DNA of 64,000 nucleotides from positions 118,710 to 182,709 of the forward strand of contig CAVPLZ010000010.1 in the NCBI GenBank assembly GCA_963706185.1, given 5' to 3'. The stretch comes from an uncultured Actinomycetota bacterium. Lineage in GTDB: Bacteria > Actinomycetota > Actinomycetes > Mycobacteriales > Nakamurellaceae. The notes beneath the pieces were generated by a model that saw only the letters and a program-made list of their open reading frames with translations, ran no database searches and was not told the DNA's origin. Below, in pieces: positions 1-11,116 of this stretch. The translations under genes were made by a program, and so were the position numbers. The first letter of the stretch is position 1. The number at the start of each line of letters is the position of its first letter.

Positions 1-2411
1 TCGTGGTGATCGACGAGTTCGGCGAATTACTCACGGCCAAGCCGGATTTCATCGAGCTGTTCCTGGCCATCGGCCGGATCGGCCGGTCCATCGGGGTGCA
101 TCTGCTGCTCGCCTCCCAGCGACTGGAGGAGGGCCGGCTGCGCGGATTGGAGTCGTTCCTGTCCTATCGGCTGGGGCTGCGGACGTTCAACGCCCAGGAG
201 TCGCGGTCGGTGCTCGGGGTGCCCGACGCCTACGAACTGCCGCCGATTCCCGGCTCCGGCTACCTCAAGGTCGACACCAGCGTGTTCCAGCGGTTCAAGG
301 CCGGCTACGTCTCGGGTACCTATCGGCCGCCGGTGACCGGCGAGACGGTGATCGACACCGAACCGGTCGTCGCACCGTTCCCGCTGTTCAACGACACCGC
401 CGCCTATCTCGCGGCGATCGCCGACCAGCCGGTGGCGGTCGACGGACCGGACGAGGGCGAGGACGCCCTGGCCCCGACCGTGCTCGACGTCGCGGTGCGC
501 CGGCTGGCCGGCGCCGGCACGCGTACCGCGCAGATCTGGCTGCCGCCCCTGCCGGCGGAGCTGGACCTGGACGCGGTGACCGGACCGGTGCGGGTCGATC
601 CGGTCCGCGGTCTGGTCGCCGACGGATCCGGTGGTCGGCTCAAGGTGCCGGTGGGCCTGCTGGACAAGCCGGCCGAGCAGAAGCAAGTGCCGTACGTGCT
701 CGATCTGGCCGCCTCCGGCGGGCACCTGGTCATCCTCGGCGCCCCGCAGTCCGGCAAGTCGGTGATGCTGCGCACGGTGATCATCTCGGCGGCGCTGACC
801 CACCTCCCCGGCGAGATCTCCTTCTACTGCCTGGATCTGGGCGGCGGATCGCTGCGGGTGCTGGACGGTCTGCCGCACGTCGCCGGGCGTGGCGCCCCGG
901 CTCGACGCCGACCGGGTACGCCGCACGGTCGCCGAGGTGGCCTCGGCCCTGGCCGAACGTGAGGAACTCTTCGGCCGACTCGGCCTCGACTCGGTGGAGG
1001 CGATGCGCGAACGCTTCCGGGCCGGCCGGCTGCCCGAACTCGGCGGTCGCCGACATCTTCCTGGTGATCGACAACTTCCCGGTGCTGCGGGCGGATTTTG
1101 AGGATATGGCAGACCTCGTCCAAGATCTCGGCACCCGGGGCCCCGGCTACGGCATCCACCTCATCCTGGCCACCGGGCGGTGGGCCGACATCCGCATGCA
1201 GCTGCAGGCGGCCATCGGCACCAAGGTCGAGCTGCGGCTCAACGACCCGGTCGACTCGACCATCGCCCGCAAGGCCGCGGCGAACCTGCGTGCGGACACG
1301 CCCGGCCGGGCGATCGTCGAGCCCGGCCTGCAGGTGCACATCTGCCTGCCGTCCCTGGCGGCCGACCGAGCCGCCGCAGGGCACCCGGAAGTCCTTGGCG
1401 GTGGCGGCAGCGACAGCCCTACCGCAGACGCCGGACGAAATTCCCGAGGACGACCTGTCGGTGGTCGCCGACGAGCTGGCCGCGCTGGAGGCAGCCCGCC
1501 ACGTCGAGCCCGCCGTGGTCCATGAGGCAGTGTCCGCGGCCTCGACCGCGCCGGTGGTGGCGTCCGCCCGTCGGGACCGCACCGGGCCGGTCGAGCAGTT
1601 GGTCGCCCGGATCGCCGCGGCCTGGGAGGGCCCACCGGTGCCGCCGATCCGGATGCTGCCGCTGCTCGTGCCGTACTCGGACGTGGCGGCGGCCGCCGGA
1701 CCGCGGCGCGGGGTGGTCATCGGAGTCGACGAGACGGACCTGCGGCCGGTCGAACTCGACCTGTTCGGCACCGAGCCGCACCTGCTGGTGTTCGGCGACG
1801 CCGAGACCGGCAAGACCTCGTTGCTGCGGATGATCGTGTCCGACCTGACCGGCAAGATGACCGACAACGAGGTCGTCTTCGCCGTCTTCGACGTTCGTCG
1901 CACGCTGCTGGACGTGGTGCCCGAGGACTATCTGGGCGCCTACGCCGGGACCGCGGCGATGGCCGCCGGGATGGCCGGGGCGGTGGCCGGCGAGCTCCGC
2001 GGGCGGATGCCACCGGACGACGTCACCGCCGCCCAGCTGCGCGAGCGCTCCTGGTGGAAGGGCCCGGAGATCGTCGTCGTCGCCGACGACTACGACCTGC
2101 TCTCGCCCGGCGGCGCCGGCCCGCTGGCCCCGTTCATCGAGTTCCTGCCGCAGGCCCGCGATCTCGGGTTCCACCTGATCCTGGCCCGGCGATCCGGTGG
2201 GGCCGGCCGGGCCATGTACGAACCGGTGCCGCAGCGGATGCGCGAGGTCGGCGCGGCCGGCGTGCTGCTGTCCGGCGACCGGCAGGAGGGCGCGTTGTTC
2301 CCCGGCGCCTACCTGTCGGTGCAGCCGCCCGGGCGGGGCCACCTGGTCCGGCGCGGCCGCAAACCGACGCTCGTCCAGCTGGCCTACCTGGGCGAACGCC
2401 CGCAGTCCTGA
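1..2411 (+). CDS. eccC: Type VII secretion FtsK/SpoIIIE ATPase EccC, 5' truncated by window edge, frameshifted
   Basis: VIDEFGELL..HLLLASQRLEEGRLRGLESFLSYRLGLRTF (ATPase 1 end), WLPPLP linker, Walker A GAPQSGKS and GDAETGKT; pieces spread over ORFs 3-962, 889-1101, 959-1525, 1098-2411. Confidence 0.9.
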
Positions 2412-2434
2412 GCGGCCGGACCTACCGGAGCCGC

Positions 2435-2872
2435 TCAGGCGACGGCGGGGTGGCGGCTCTTGAGCGCGCTCAGCCAGCGCTCGCTGAAGAACGTGCCGAG
2501 CGCCGCGATGGCGCCGACGACCTCGGCAACCAGACACAAGATCTGCGACCAACCCCAGACCATGTCGTTGACACCGAGCACCTTGTAGGCCAGCTCGCCG
2601 CCGTACCGGGAAAACAGGAAACCGGCGGCCGTGACGACGCAGAACCCGAGGGCCAGGAACAGGCTGAACCAGTGCCGCCAGGCCAGTACCAGCACCGAGA
2701 TGACGATGCCGGAGACGGCGTTGATCATGAACAGCACACCGATTCTCCCGAAGTCCCAGCCGCCGAAGAAGTACAGGTAGCCGTGACACAGTCCGGACAC
2801 CAGCACGGCCAGCGCGGTGAGACTGCGCAGCCCGATCGTGGTGGAGTTCTGGACCGGCGGGGAAGCAGACAT
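2435..2872 (-). CDS. Integral membrane protein, about 4 TM helices
   Basis: ATG at 2872 (MSASPPVQ..); hydrophobic segments with CHGYLY and VLFMINAV; lies just downstream of the Rieske gene. Confidence 0.75.
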   Translation of the reverse strand: MSASPPVQNSTTIGLRSLTALAVLVSGLCHGYLYFFGGWDFGRIGVLFMINAVSGIVISVLVLAWRHWFSLFLALGFCVVTAAGFLFSRYGGELAYKVLGVNDMVWGWSQILCLVAEVVGAIAALGTFFSERWLSALKSRHPAVA

Positions 2873-2910
2873 CTGACACCTCCAGGGGTCAGCAGTGAGG
2901 GATGCCGGCC

Positions 2911-3387
2911 TCAGCCGGCGACGACCTGCCCGTCCTTGACGGACAGCGGGACCGGACCGAGGGCCTGGGTCGCCGGGCCGTGTTCGACCGCGCCGGTCAG
3001 GGCGTTGTACTGCGAGCCGTGACACGGGCAGTTCAACTCGGCGCCGTTGACGTTGACGGTGCAGTGCATGTGGGTGCACACGGCGGTGAACCCGGCCACC
3101 GTGGTGTCGGTCGGGCGGGCGACAACGATCGGCGCACCGTTGAGCGTGGCGGCCACCGCCTGTCCCACGGTGATGTCATCGAGCTTGGGCAGCGATCCGC
3201 TTGCGGCGCCGCCGGTGCCGGCCGGTGTCGTGGTGGTCGGACCGGGGTCGGACGAGCATGCAGCGATCAGCGGCACGGCCACCGCAACGCCGAGTCCGGT
3301 GCGGACGACTGTGCGGCGGGACAGGCCGGAGGCCACGGGCCCCTTGGTGGGGGACTCCTGTGCTGAGGACTCTTGTGTCGCGGGCAT
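2911..3387 (-). CDS. Rieske [2Fe-2S] protein, probable Tat-exported lipoprotein
   Basis: CTHMHC and CPCHGSQY ligand boxes; SRRTVV twin-arginine motif and IAAC lipobox. Confidence 0.9.
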   Translation of the reverse strand: MPATQESSAQESPTKGPVASGLSRRTVVRTGLGVAVAVPLIAACSSDPGPTTTTPAGTGGAASGSLPKLDDITVGQAVAATLNGAPIVVARPTDTTVAGFTAVCTHMHCTVNVNGAELNCPCHGSQYNALTGAVEHGPATQALGPVPLSVKDGQVVAG

Positions 3388-3474
3388 TCGCGGGATCTCC
3401 TTCGGGTGGCGGCCTGGCAGCGAAACGCTGCCGGGGGTCGTGGTGCAGAGGTCGGGCGGACGGTGTCACCCGAA

Positions 3475-3502
3475 TCAACGCCGCCGACATGGAGACGGTT
3501 CA
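3475..3502 (-). promoter_or_regulatory. ECF sigma promoter (SigL-like) upstream of the Rieske gene
   Basis: Minus strand reads TGAACC-N16-CGTTGA, matching the mycobacterial SigL-type TGAACC-N16-CGT consensus. Confidence 0.5.
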
Positions 3503-3688
3503 ACGTCCAAGCTGTGAGTGGGCTGTCAGGTGCGCCGGGGTCGGCGGGTGTAGGCGTCCCACGGCCTAATCCCTCGGTCGGCGGAGCCTGAGGGTATCGG
3601 CCGGCCCCCCGACTCCCGCTCCGGCGCCATCGCGGATGATCGTGGGGATGACCGCAGTGCTGCGGTCAGAGCCCCAAGGAGCCCACCC

Positions 3689-4453
3689 ATGGAACTCGCC
3701 GGCACCTCCGCCATCGTCACCGGAGCGGCTTCGGGCCTCGGCGCGGCCACCGCGGCCGCGCTGGCCCGCACTGGAGTCACCGTCATCGGCGTCGATCTGG
3801 CCGCCGGCTGGGAACGCGGCGGCCAGCCGAACGACAACGTCACCGCGGTCGCCGGCGATGTGACCGACGCCGACGACGTCGGCCGGGCGATCGACGCCGC
3901 CGTGGCCTCGGGTGCCCCCCTGCGGATGGCGGTGAACTGCGCCGGGGTCGGCTGGGCCAGCCGCATCCTGTCGAAGAAGGGCGTCCATGATTACGACCTG
4001 TTCCGCACTGTCGTCGGTATCAATCTGATCGGCACCTTCAACGTGCTCCGATTGGCAGCGGCCGCGATCGCCGAGACCGACCCGGTCGACGACGCCGGCC
4101 AGCGCGGGCTCATCATCAACACCGCGTCGGTCGCCGCGTTCGACGGGCAGATCGGCCAGATCGCCTACGCCGCGTCCAAGGGTGGCGTCGCCGCGATGAC
4201 CCTGCCGGCGGCCCGCGACCTCGCCCAGTTCGGCATCAGGGTGATGACGATCGCGCCCGGCATCCTCGACACGCCGATGATGGCCGGGATCACCGAGGAG
4301 TTCCGGAACAACCTGGCCGCGGGCGTGCCCTTCCCCAAGCGCCTCGGCCGGCCCGACGAGTACGCCGCCATGGCTCTGTCCATCGCCGCTCAGGACTACC
4401 TCAACGGCGAAGTGATCCGGCTGGACGGCGCGCTGCGGATGGCGCCGCGCTAG
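3689..4453 (+). CDS. SDR oxidoreductase, 3-hydroxyacyl-CoA dehydrogenase type II (HSD10-like)
   Basis: [24 protein letters not shown]-terminal [11 protein letters not shown]; AAGGAG RBS. Confidence 0.92.
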   Translation: MELAGTSAIVTGAASGLGAATAAALARTGVTVIGVDLAAGWERGGQPNDNVTAVAGDVTDADDVGRAIDAAVASGAPLRMAVNCAGVGWASRILSKKGVHDYDLFRTVVGINLIGTFNVLRLAAAAIAETDPVDDAGQRGLIINTASVAAFDGQIGQIAYAASKGGVAAMTLPAARDLAQFGIRVMTIAPGILDTPMMAGITEEFRNNLAAGVPFPKRLGRPDEYAAMALSIAAQDYLNGEVIRLDGALRMAPR

Positions 4454-5010
4454 GTCCGGTAGACCTTCACCGTGCCCACGCCGGTGTCCAGCCGCAGCCG
4501 CAGGATCGGCGCCGCCGGGCCATCGGCCACGTTGCTCTCCTCGATGGTCCGGGTGCCGATCCTGGTGCTGCCGTCGACGTAGACCCGCACCCCGCTCGGC
4601 ACCCAGATCTTGATCGAGCCGACCGTGGTGTGCACGGAGAGGGTGACCTCGCGCGCGGCGAGTTCGGCCTCCCGCAGGTCCAGCTTGATCGGGCCGAAGG
4701 CCACCGCCACCGTGGTGGCGGAACCCAGCAACCAGCGTCCGTTCTTCTTCACCGCGCCGATCGTCGCGGTGACGTCGGAGCCGGCGAACACCACACCGGA
4801 TCCGGCCGGCGCACGGTCGTCCGGCACCGCCGGCAGATCCCGGATCAGCACCTCGAGTTCACCCTGCGTGCGTGCGCCGTAGGCCGACGAGATCCGCTGA
4901 CTGAACTCATCGAGGTTGAGCCGACCCTCGCCGACCGCGGCGTTGAGCCGGCCGGCGACCGCCTCACGCTCGTCGTCGGAGACCCGCAGCTGCCCGCCCG
5001 GTTCGCTCAT
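4450..5010 (-). CDS. DUF1707 domain protein with C-terminal DUF2154/LiaF-like beta domain
   Basis: LRVSDDEREAVAGRLNAAVGEGRLNLDEFSQRI..A.TQGEL; later IKLDLREA and GSIKIWVP. Confidence 0.85.
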   Translation of the reverse strand: MSEPGGQLRVSDDEREAVAGRLNAAVGEGRLNLDEFSQRISSAYGARTQGELEVLIRDLPAVPDDRAPAGSGVVFAGSDVTATIGAVKKNGRWLLGSATTVAVAFGPIKLDLREAELAAREVTLSVHTTVGSIKIWVPSGVRVYVDGSTRIGTRTIEESNVADGPAAPILRLRLDTGVGTVKVYRT

Positions 5011-5024
5011 GGTCAAACCGTAGG

Positions 5025-5603
5025 TCACTCGGCAAGCCGATGGAGAACGAAGATGCCGCCGTGGGCGGGCCGATCGAGCCGTTCGTGGTCGGAACCGGCG
5101 TACTCGTCGAAGATCGCCACCAACCGGGTGGCCAGCTCCTCGGCTTCGGCCGGCGACAGGTGCAGCACCAGGCGCGAGATCTTCTCCACCGACTCGGGAC
5201 CCGCCTCCCGCAACTCTTCCTGGAAGGCCTGGATCGGGGCGAGCGCACCGCCCGGCAGCGACAGCGCCGGCGTCGACTCCAACCGCAGGAGCTGATCCGT
5301 TGCCCGGTAGGGCTTCTCCAGCGCCCCGCTCTCGCCGGTGCGCACCGGGGCCGGCTCCAGCAGCCCCACCGCGGTCAGTTGCCGGACGTGATACAGCACG
5401 GTTCCGGGGTCGCGGTCGAGCCGGTCGGCGAGTTGCTTGTTCGTCAGCTCCTGCATGCCGCACATCCGCAGGATGCGCAGGCGCAGCGGATGCGCCATCG
5501 CCTTCGCCTCGGCGATGGTCGCCAGGCGACGCCCATCGCCGAGTTGCACCACCCGTTCGTCGCCGGGCCCGTCGGAACGGGTGATCGGTGAGCGCTTGCT
5601 CAT
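5025..5603 (-). CDS. ArsR-like winged-helix transcriptional regulator
   Basis: AKAMAHPLRLRIL..ELTNKQLADRL..GTVLYHVRQL; divergent from an MFS gene. Confidence 0.85.
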   Translation of the reverse strand: MSKRSPITRSDGPGDERVVQLGDGRRLATIAEAKAMAHPLRLRILRMCGMQELTNKQLADRLDRDPGTVLYHVRQLTAVGLLEPAPVRTGESGALEKPYRATDQLLRLESTPALSLPGGALAPIQAFQEELREAGPESVEKISRLVLHLSPAEAEELATRLVAIFDEYAGSDHERLDRPAHGGIFVLHRLAE

Positions 5604-5623
5604 CAAGCCAGATTAGTCGTCGT

Positions 5624-5658
5624 ATGGGGAAAATTCCGTCACCTTGAATATTCCCCAT
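5624..5658. promoter_or_regulatory. Inverted-repeat operator between divergent regulator and MFS genes
   Basis: ATGGGGAAAATTC-N9-GAATATTCCCCAT, arms match 12/13, AT-rich against a GC-rich background. Confidence 0.6.
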
Positions 5659-5679
5659 CGATGTGCAACTCTCCACTCG

Positions 5680-6930
5680 GTGAGCAACGGATCCGGGCCG
5701 GGCAAGGCCGACCGGCGGCCGCTCGGCGTCGCCTACTGGCAGCTCTGGACCTCTTCGGGGTTGTCGAACCTGGCCGATGGGACCTTCAAGGTCGGGCTGC
5801 CTCTGGTCGCGGTCCAGGTCACCCGGTCGCCGACGGTGATCGCCGGGCTGGCCTTCGCCCTCACGGTGCCCTGGCTCCTTTTCGCCCTGCCGGCCGGTGC
5901 GCTCGCCGACCGGGTCGACCGACGCCGAGCGATGCTCTGCGCCAACCTCGTCCGGGCCGCGCTGGCGGTCGTGCTCGTGCTGGGTGTCCTGGTGGGCTTC
6001 GCCGAAATCTGGCTGCTCTACCTGGTCGCATTCGCTGTCGGCACGGCCGAGACCGTCTACGACACGTCGGCCCAGTCGATCCTGCCGCAGATCGTGCCGC
6101 GTGACCGGCTGTCACAGGCGAACGGACAGCTCTATGCGGGCGAGGTGACGGCCAATGAGTTTCTCGGGCCGCCCCTGGGTGGCGCACTGGTGGCCGCCGG
6201 GGCCGTCGCCGCCTTCGCCGCGCCGGCCGGGATGTGGGTCGCCGCGGTCGGGGCGCTGCTACTGGTCCGCGGCCGGTTCCGAGTTGCCCGAACCGGATCG
6301 ACCACCGTGCGGGCCGACATCGTCGAGGGCCTGCGTTTCCTGTGGCACCAGCGGGTGCTGCGGGCACTGGCGGCCATGACGGGAATCTTCAACCTCGCCA
6401 CCAGCGCCACCTTCGCCATCATGGTCCTCTATGCCGTCGGGCCGGATTCCGCCGTGGGGCTGTCGGACACCGGATACGGGCTGCTGCTCGCCACTCTCGC
6501 CGGCGGCAGCATCATCGGCTCGCTCCTCGCCGCACCGGTCGAACGGATCGTGGGGCGGTCCGGCTCGCTCGTGCTGAATTACCTGGCCAGCGCGCTCCTG
6601 GTCGGCGTCTCGGCCCTGACGTCCGATCCGTACGTGATCGGCGCTGCCTTCTTCCTCGGCAGTATCACGATCGTCATCAGCAACGTGGTGGTCGTTTCCC
6701 TGCGTCAGCGGATCACCCCGGACCGGCTGCTCGGCCGCGTCAACAGCGGCTACCGACTGGTCGCCTGGGGGACCAAGCCGCTCGGCGCCGCCATCGGCGG
6801 CGTGCTCGCCCAACTCTTCGGCCTCCGCGCGGTGTTCGCGATCATGGCCCTGCTGATCCTGGGACTGCTCGGCTTCATGCCGATCCTCACCAACAAGGCG
6901 ATGGACGCCGCGGAACAGACGCCTCCGTGA
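5680..6930 (+). CDS. MFS transporter (MFS_3/H+ antiporter-like)
   Basis: About 12 TM segments, GALADRVDRRR motif A, RQRITPDRLLGRVNS; start uncertain (5644 or GTG 5680). Confidence 0.9.
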   Translation: MSNGSGPGKADRRPLGVAYWQLWTSSGLSNLADGTFKVGLPLVAVQVTRSPTVIAGLAFALTVPWLLFALPAGALADRVDRRRAMLCANLVRAALAVVLVLGVLVGFAEIWLLYLVAFAVGTAETVYDTSAQSILPQIVPRDRLSQANGQLYAGEVTANEFLGPPLGGALVAAGAVAAFAAPAGMWVAAVGALLLVRGRFRVARTGSTTVRADIVEGLRFLWHQRVLRALAAMTGIFNLATSATFAIMVLYAVGPDSAVGLSDTGYGLLLATLAGGSIIGSLLAAPVERIVGRSGSLVLNYLASALLVGVSALTSDPYVIGAAFFLGSITIVISNVVVVSLRQRITPDRLLGRVNSGYRLVAWGTKPLGAAIGGVLAQLFGLRAVFAIMALLILGLLGFMPILTNKAMDAAEQTPP

Positions 6931-6942
6931 TCGGCCGGTTCG

Positions 6943-7579
6943 TCAGACGGTGACCTCGCCGTTCGGCGTGCGGAAGGTGGCGGACAGCACGCCGGGCTGC
7001 CCGTTGGGGCGCGATCCAGGTGACCCCGACGTCCTCCAGTGGATGTTCGGCCGGCGCCCCCAGCCAGTCGGCGACCCGCCGCGGATCGCCGGCGATGGCC
7101 AGGCTCTCCAGCGCCACCACGCCTTCGCCCTGCGACGGGTGGTCGGCCGGGGGTGAGTCCCACCGGATGAAGAACGGCAGTTGCGGGTCGTTCATCAGGC
7201 CGCGCACGCCGAGCTGATGCCAGTTGAGCTCGACGCCGTCGGGCCGGGTCCGGTGACCGGGTGCCGCCGGGCGACCGAGCCGGGCCTCGACCGGGACCAG
7301 GTCGTCGACGGAGACCACCCAGCCGAGCCACCCGCCCCCCGACTCCGTCCGGGCCTTGACGGCCTGACCGAAGGGCACCTCGTCGACCGCAGGGTGGTCC
7401 AGCGCCCCCACCACCTCCAGGTAGTGCCGGTCGGTCAGCGGCAGGATGCGGTTGCGGGTGCCGAACCTGGGGTGGAACCCGCCGTCGACGAACTCGGCGC
7501 CGAGCAGCGCACCGAGTCGTCTCGCGGTCGCGTCCAGACCATCGGGTCCGGCGGCGTACGACAGGTGATCCAAGCGCAT
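6943..7579 (-). CDS. VOC/glyoxalase-like (Glyoxalase_3) protein, probable frameshift near C-terminus
   Basis: MRLDHLSYA..GGFHPRFGTRNRILPL..YLEVV..LPFFIRW; likely true stop near 6943. Confidence 0.85.
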
Positions 7580-7649
7580 GACGTCATGGTCTCAGTCCGC
7601 CTCCGGCCGCCGGACGCGGGTCACCACCCGCGCCGATGTGACCACCCGG

Positions 7650-9347
7650 TCAGCCGGCGACCGGCGGGTTCGCGCGCTCCGGTATCGCCGGTCCGGCCTC
7701 CAGGTCGGCGACCGTCGGTACCTCGTGGGCGTGCTCGGTGATCCACCGGCGCAGCGCCAGGGTGGCCAGCACGTCGTCCTCGTTGTAGCGCAACACCCGG
7801 TCGGCGCACCGCTGGTCCGGGATCCCGGTGTCCGCGCCGACCGCCTGCCGGTACCAGGCCATCGAGTTCTCCCCGCCCGGCTCCGGGTCCCGCCAGTCGA
7901 ACCCGGCGACCGGGGCCAGGGCCTTGAGGCGCATCGAGCCCGGCACCACGAAGAGCGACCGGATCTCGGCATACACGTCCACCCACGCCGGCGAGGCACA
8001 GAACTCGGCGATCTCGTGGACCGAGGGCATGCCCGGCACGTCCGGATAGCGCCGCGGGGTCGATCGGAGCCAGCGTTCCTCGGCCGCGCGGGAGTAGCAG
8101 TAGACCGCCATCGTCAGCCCGCGATCCTGCGCCGCACGCTGCAGCGACCGCAGGTACTGCCAGAACTCGGCGAACGCCCTACCCTCGTCCCGGTCCGGCA
8201 ACAGCTCCCAGGTGGCGAACGCCCGGTAGCCAGTCGGTGCGCCGACGTCGACGCCGGTGAGATAGGTCCCCCACAGGTAGGCGCCGTCGTCCAGGTAGGA
8301 CTCCATGTCGACGTCGAGCTCGACATCGGCCCGCGGCACCGCGACCCGCGTCGTCCGCCGCACCAGCGCGAGGCCGCGCAGCCACGCCCTGGCCCGCACC
8401 CTGGCCTCGGCGGCCGGCACGCTGCCCAGTACCAGGGTCGCGGCGACGGCATCCGGCATGGCCGCCAGGTCGTCGACGGTGGTGATGCCGGCCTCGTGCA
8501 GCGCGGCCACGTCCGATCCCGCGGCCAGCAACGAAACATCGTGATTGGCAACGAGTTCCACCGAGCACCGCGGCCACCACGGGCACCGGCGGCATTCGGC
8601 GACCCGCGACGGGTGGGCCAACGCCGGCTGCCGGGTGGCCGCGGCCAGCGCCACGTCGAACCGGTCGGCGAACCGCCGGTCGTAGTCGGTGAACAGTCCG
8701 TCGTCCAGCTGGTGCCAGAGCGCCAGCTCGCCGTCGTCCCAATCCGGCTCGGCGCTCGGACCGCCGCGGCCGATCACCGCCCCACACGCCGGACCGGACG
8801 CGGCCAGCCCGAGGTCCTCAAGGAGCCGGTGCAGATGGGCAAGGGCGAGCAGGTCGGCCGGATGCCGCCGCGCCTTGCGGTCGCCGCGGATGGTCGCCCC
8901 GAGCAGATCGGACAGCGGCGCGCAGCGAGCGCCCTGCCCGGGATCCAGCGTGCGGTGCCCCCGGACCAGCACCGGTCGGTAGCCGTCCCCGTCCAGCACC
9001 AACAGGTCGGGGCGGCCGATCCGGTGGCCGGCCCGCAGCAGCGGCGACCAGATCGCGGCCGGACGGTCGGCGGCCAGCACCTCGGCCCAGCCCCGATCGA
9101 CCGGCTCAGGGAAGTTCGACCACGGCCCAGCCCCGATCCGCCCAGCTCGACGCGCACCCGGTCACGATGCTCGGCCAGATCGGTCCAGCGTTGGACCAAT
9201 CCGGGATCGGGCGGGCCGCCGGGTGGCCGGATCCAGATCCGGGTCGAAATCGAGATGGACGCGCCGACGGCAGCGACCGGCGATCGCCGGGCCGAGGCGC
9301 ACGGCGGCGGCAGGGCTCAGCTCGCGATGGGGGTCCGGCGTCATCAC
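7650..9347 (-). CDS. TM0106-family RecB-like nuclease with C-terminal RNase H-like domain, frameshifted near 9080-9160
   Basis: N-terminal GRCRRRVHLDFD, GRPDLLV, CRRCPWWPRC, DVDMES..YLWG, LRYNEDDVLAT. Confidence 0.85.
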
Positions 9348-9539
9348 CGGTCAGGGTAGGCCGGGGTGCTGGACGACCCCCGCTCGGGGCTGCTCCTTCG
9401 CTCGGCGTCCCTCGTCCGTGGTGGCGCCGGGTCGGCGGCCCGGTAGATCTACGTCAGCCGGGGTTCTAGGCTGACAGCCAGGCCAATCACGGCAGGGCCG
9501 GCCCCATCTCCGGACGGGCGACGCAGGAGGGAGCACCGC

Positions 9540-10292
9540 GTGTTCGGACGGAACTCGGGAGCCGCTACCAGCAAGACGGTGGCGACGACGGAGAAGAAGC
9601 TGACCAAGGCCGACAAGAAGGCCGCGAAGGCGGCCGCCAAGGCTGCCGACCAGGCGGAGAAGACCGCCGTGGACCTGCAGAAACAGGCCGAAAAGGCCGC
9701 GGCCGAAGCAGACCGCCAGGCCAAGAAGGCCGCCGCAGATGCAGACCTGAAGACCAAGAAGGCTGCCGCCCAGGCCGCGGCCGAAGCAGCAACGACGGCC
9801 AAGGAGGCGGCCGCGGCGGCCAAGCGGGCGGCCGTTCCGCCGAGGACCGTGCTGGACCGGCTGACCAACCCCAGGGACATCCGACGGATCCTGAGCAGCG
9901 CTCGGATCATCGGGCCCGTGGTGGCGCCGTTCGCCCTGCAGGCGGCCACGGCCACCCGCGGCTGGTTGGATGAGCGCCGGGCGCGTCAGATGGGGGTGAC
10001 CGCGATCGAGGTGGCCGCCTACCGCGGTCCCACCGGTCCGACCGAGGCCAGACTCGCCGGGCTGGCGCAGACGGTCCAGGATCTGCAGCGGCGCCGCGGT
10101 GGCGACCTGCAGGTGGTGCGATTCGCCGAGGTGACGAACAACCGCCTGGCCGACCTGACGATCGCCACCAGGGCGGCCGCGTCCATGCCGTCCGGTAGGC
10201 GCCGGTCCACCTTGGTCGCGGTGGGCCGCGATCTGGACCGGATCAGCGCCGATCTGATGACGTTCCTGCTGCCGAATGCGCCGGCCGCCTGA
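9540..10292 (+). CDS. DUF6474-like actinobacterial protein with Lys/Ala-rich N-terminus
   Basis: ARIIGPVVAPFALQAATATRGWLDERRARQMGV..GPTGPTEARLAGL; AGGAGG RBS before GTG. Confidence 0.7.
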   Translation: MFGRNSGAATSKTVATTEKKLTKADKKAAKAAAKAADQAEKTAVDLQKQAEKAAAEADRQAKKAAADADLKTKKAAAQAAAEAATTAKEAAAAAKRAAVPPRTVLDRLTNPRDIRRILSSARIIGPVVAPFALQAATATRGWLDERRARQMGVTAIEVAAYRGPTGPTEARLAGLAQTVQDLQRRRGGDLQVVRFAEVTNNRLADLTIATRAAASMPSGRRRSTLVAVGRDLDRISADLMTFLLPNAPAA

Positions 10293-10359
10293 CTCCGACT
10301 CCTCGCCATCGGCCTCCTCGCTGTGAGCGCGGCGATCCGGGGCCGGTAGCCTGACGAGC

Positions 10360-10921
10360 GTGTCCGGCCCCACGTCCCGCTTCGCCGTTGACGTGCCGGT
10401 CCGCATCGTTCGCGCTGGTCACGGCCTACGTCTCGGCGCTCGGTCACCTGTTGGGCGGCGGCCCTGCCCCGGAGATCGGCACCCTGCTGTTCGCGGCGGC
10501 GCTGGTCGGCGGCAGCGTCAGTGGGTTGGCCCGGGTTCGCCGCGGGCCGCTGCAGATGTTGGGCCTGGTGATCGGCGCGCAACTCGCCTACCACCTGTTG
10601 TTCAGCCTCGACGCGCACGCCCTGGCCCCGTTGGACCTGCCGCGGATGCTCGCCTTCCACGCCGTCGCCGCCGTGCTCTGCGCCCTGATCCTGGCCCGCG
10701 GCGACCTGGCCCTGTTCCGGCTGTTCGAGGCACTGAACCGGGTCATCGGCCGGGTCCTGGGCGTCCCCGCCGCTGTGCCGGTCGGCCCGCGGCCGCGGCT
10801 TGTCCCGGTCGATGTCCCCGCCCTCGCGCCCCGTTGGTGCTCGATCCCCCTTCGCCGCGGCCCACCCCCGCCCTTGCGAGGATCAACTGGCGAGACATGG
10901 ACGGGAGATTCCGTCTCCTGA
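10360..10921 (+). CDS. His-containing membrane protein ending in a Pro-rich RRGPP tail; possible leader/arrest ORF of ycnI-copC
   Basis: TM segments with ALGHLLGGG, LAYHLLF, LAFHAVAA; RRGPPPP at 10853; start uncertain (GTG 10360 with an indel, or 10388). Confidence 0.7.
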
Positions 10922-11116
10922 AAGCGGGAGACGCAATCGTGGTGGCCTCGCTCCGCTGGGCTCGACCGGACGTCACCGGTCACCCCAGTCCCAAAACCGT
11001 CGAGTTGATCCTCGCAGCGAGCTGCAGGCCGCGCCCGGTCACCAGTCCATCTGTCGACCGGCGGCAGCGGTTGCTCGGCGTTCCGACATCCACTCCGCTC
11101 ACTGCAAGGACACCCA

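Noticed and set aside
9590-9830. Lys/Ala-rich repeats as a DNA repeat element
   Set aside because: Low-complexity protein sequence with variable codons, not a nucleotide-level repeat.
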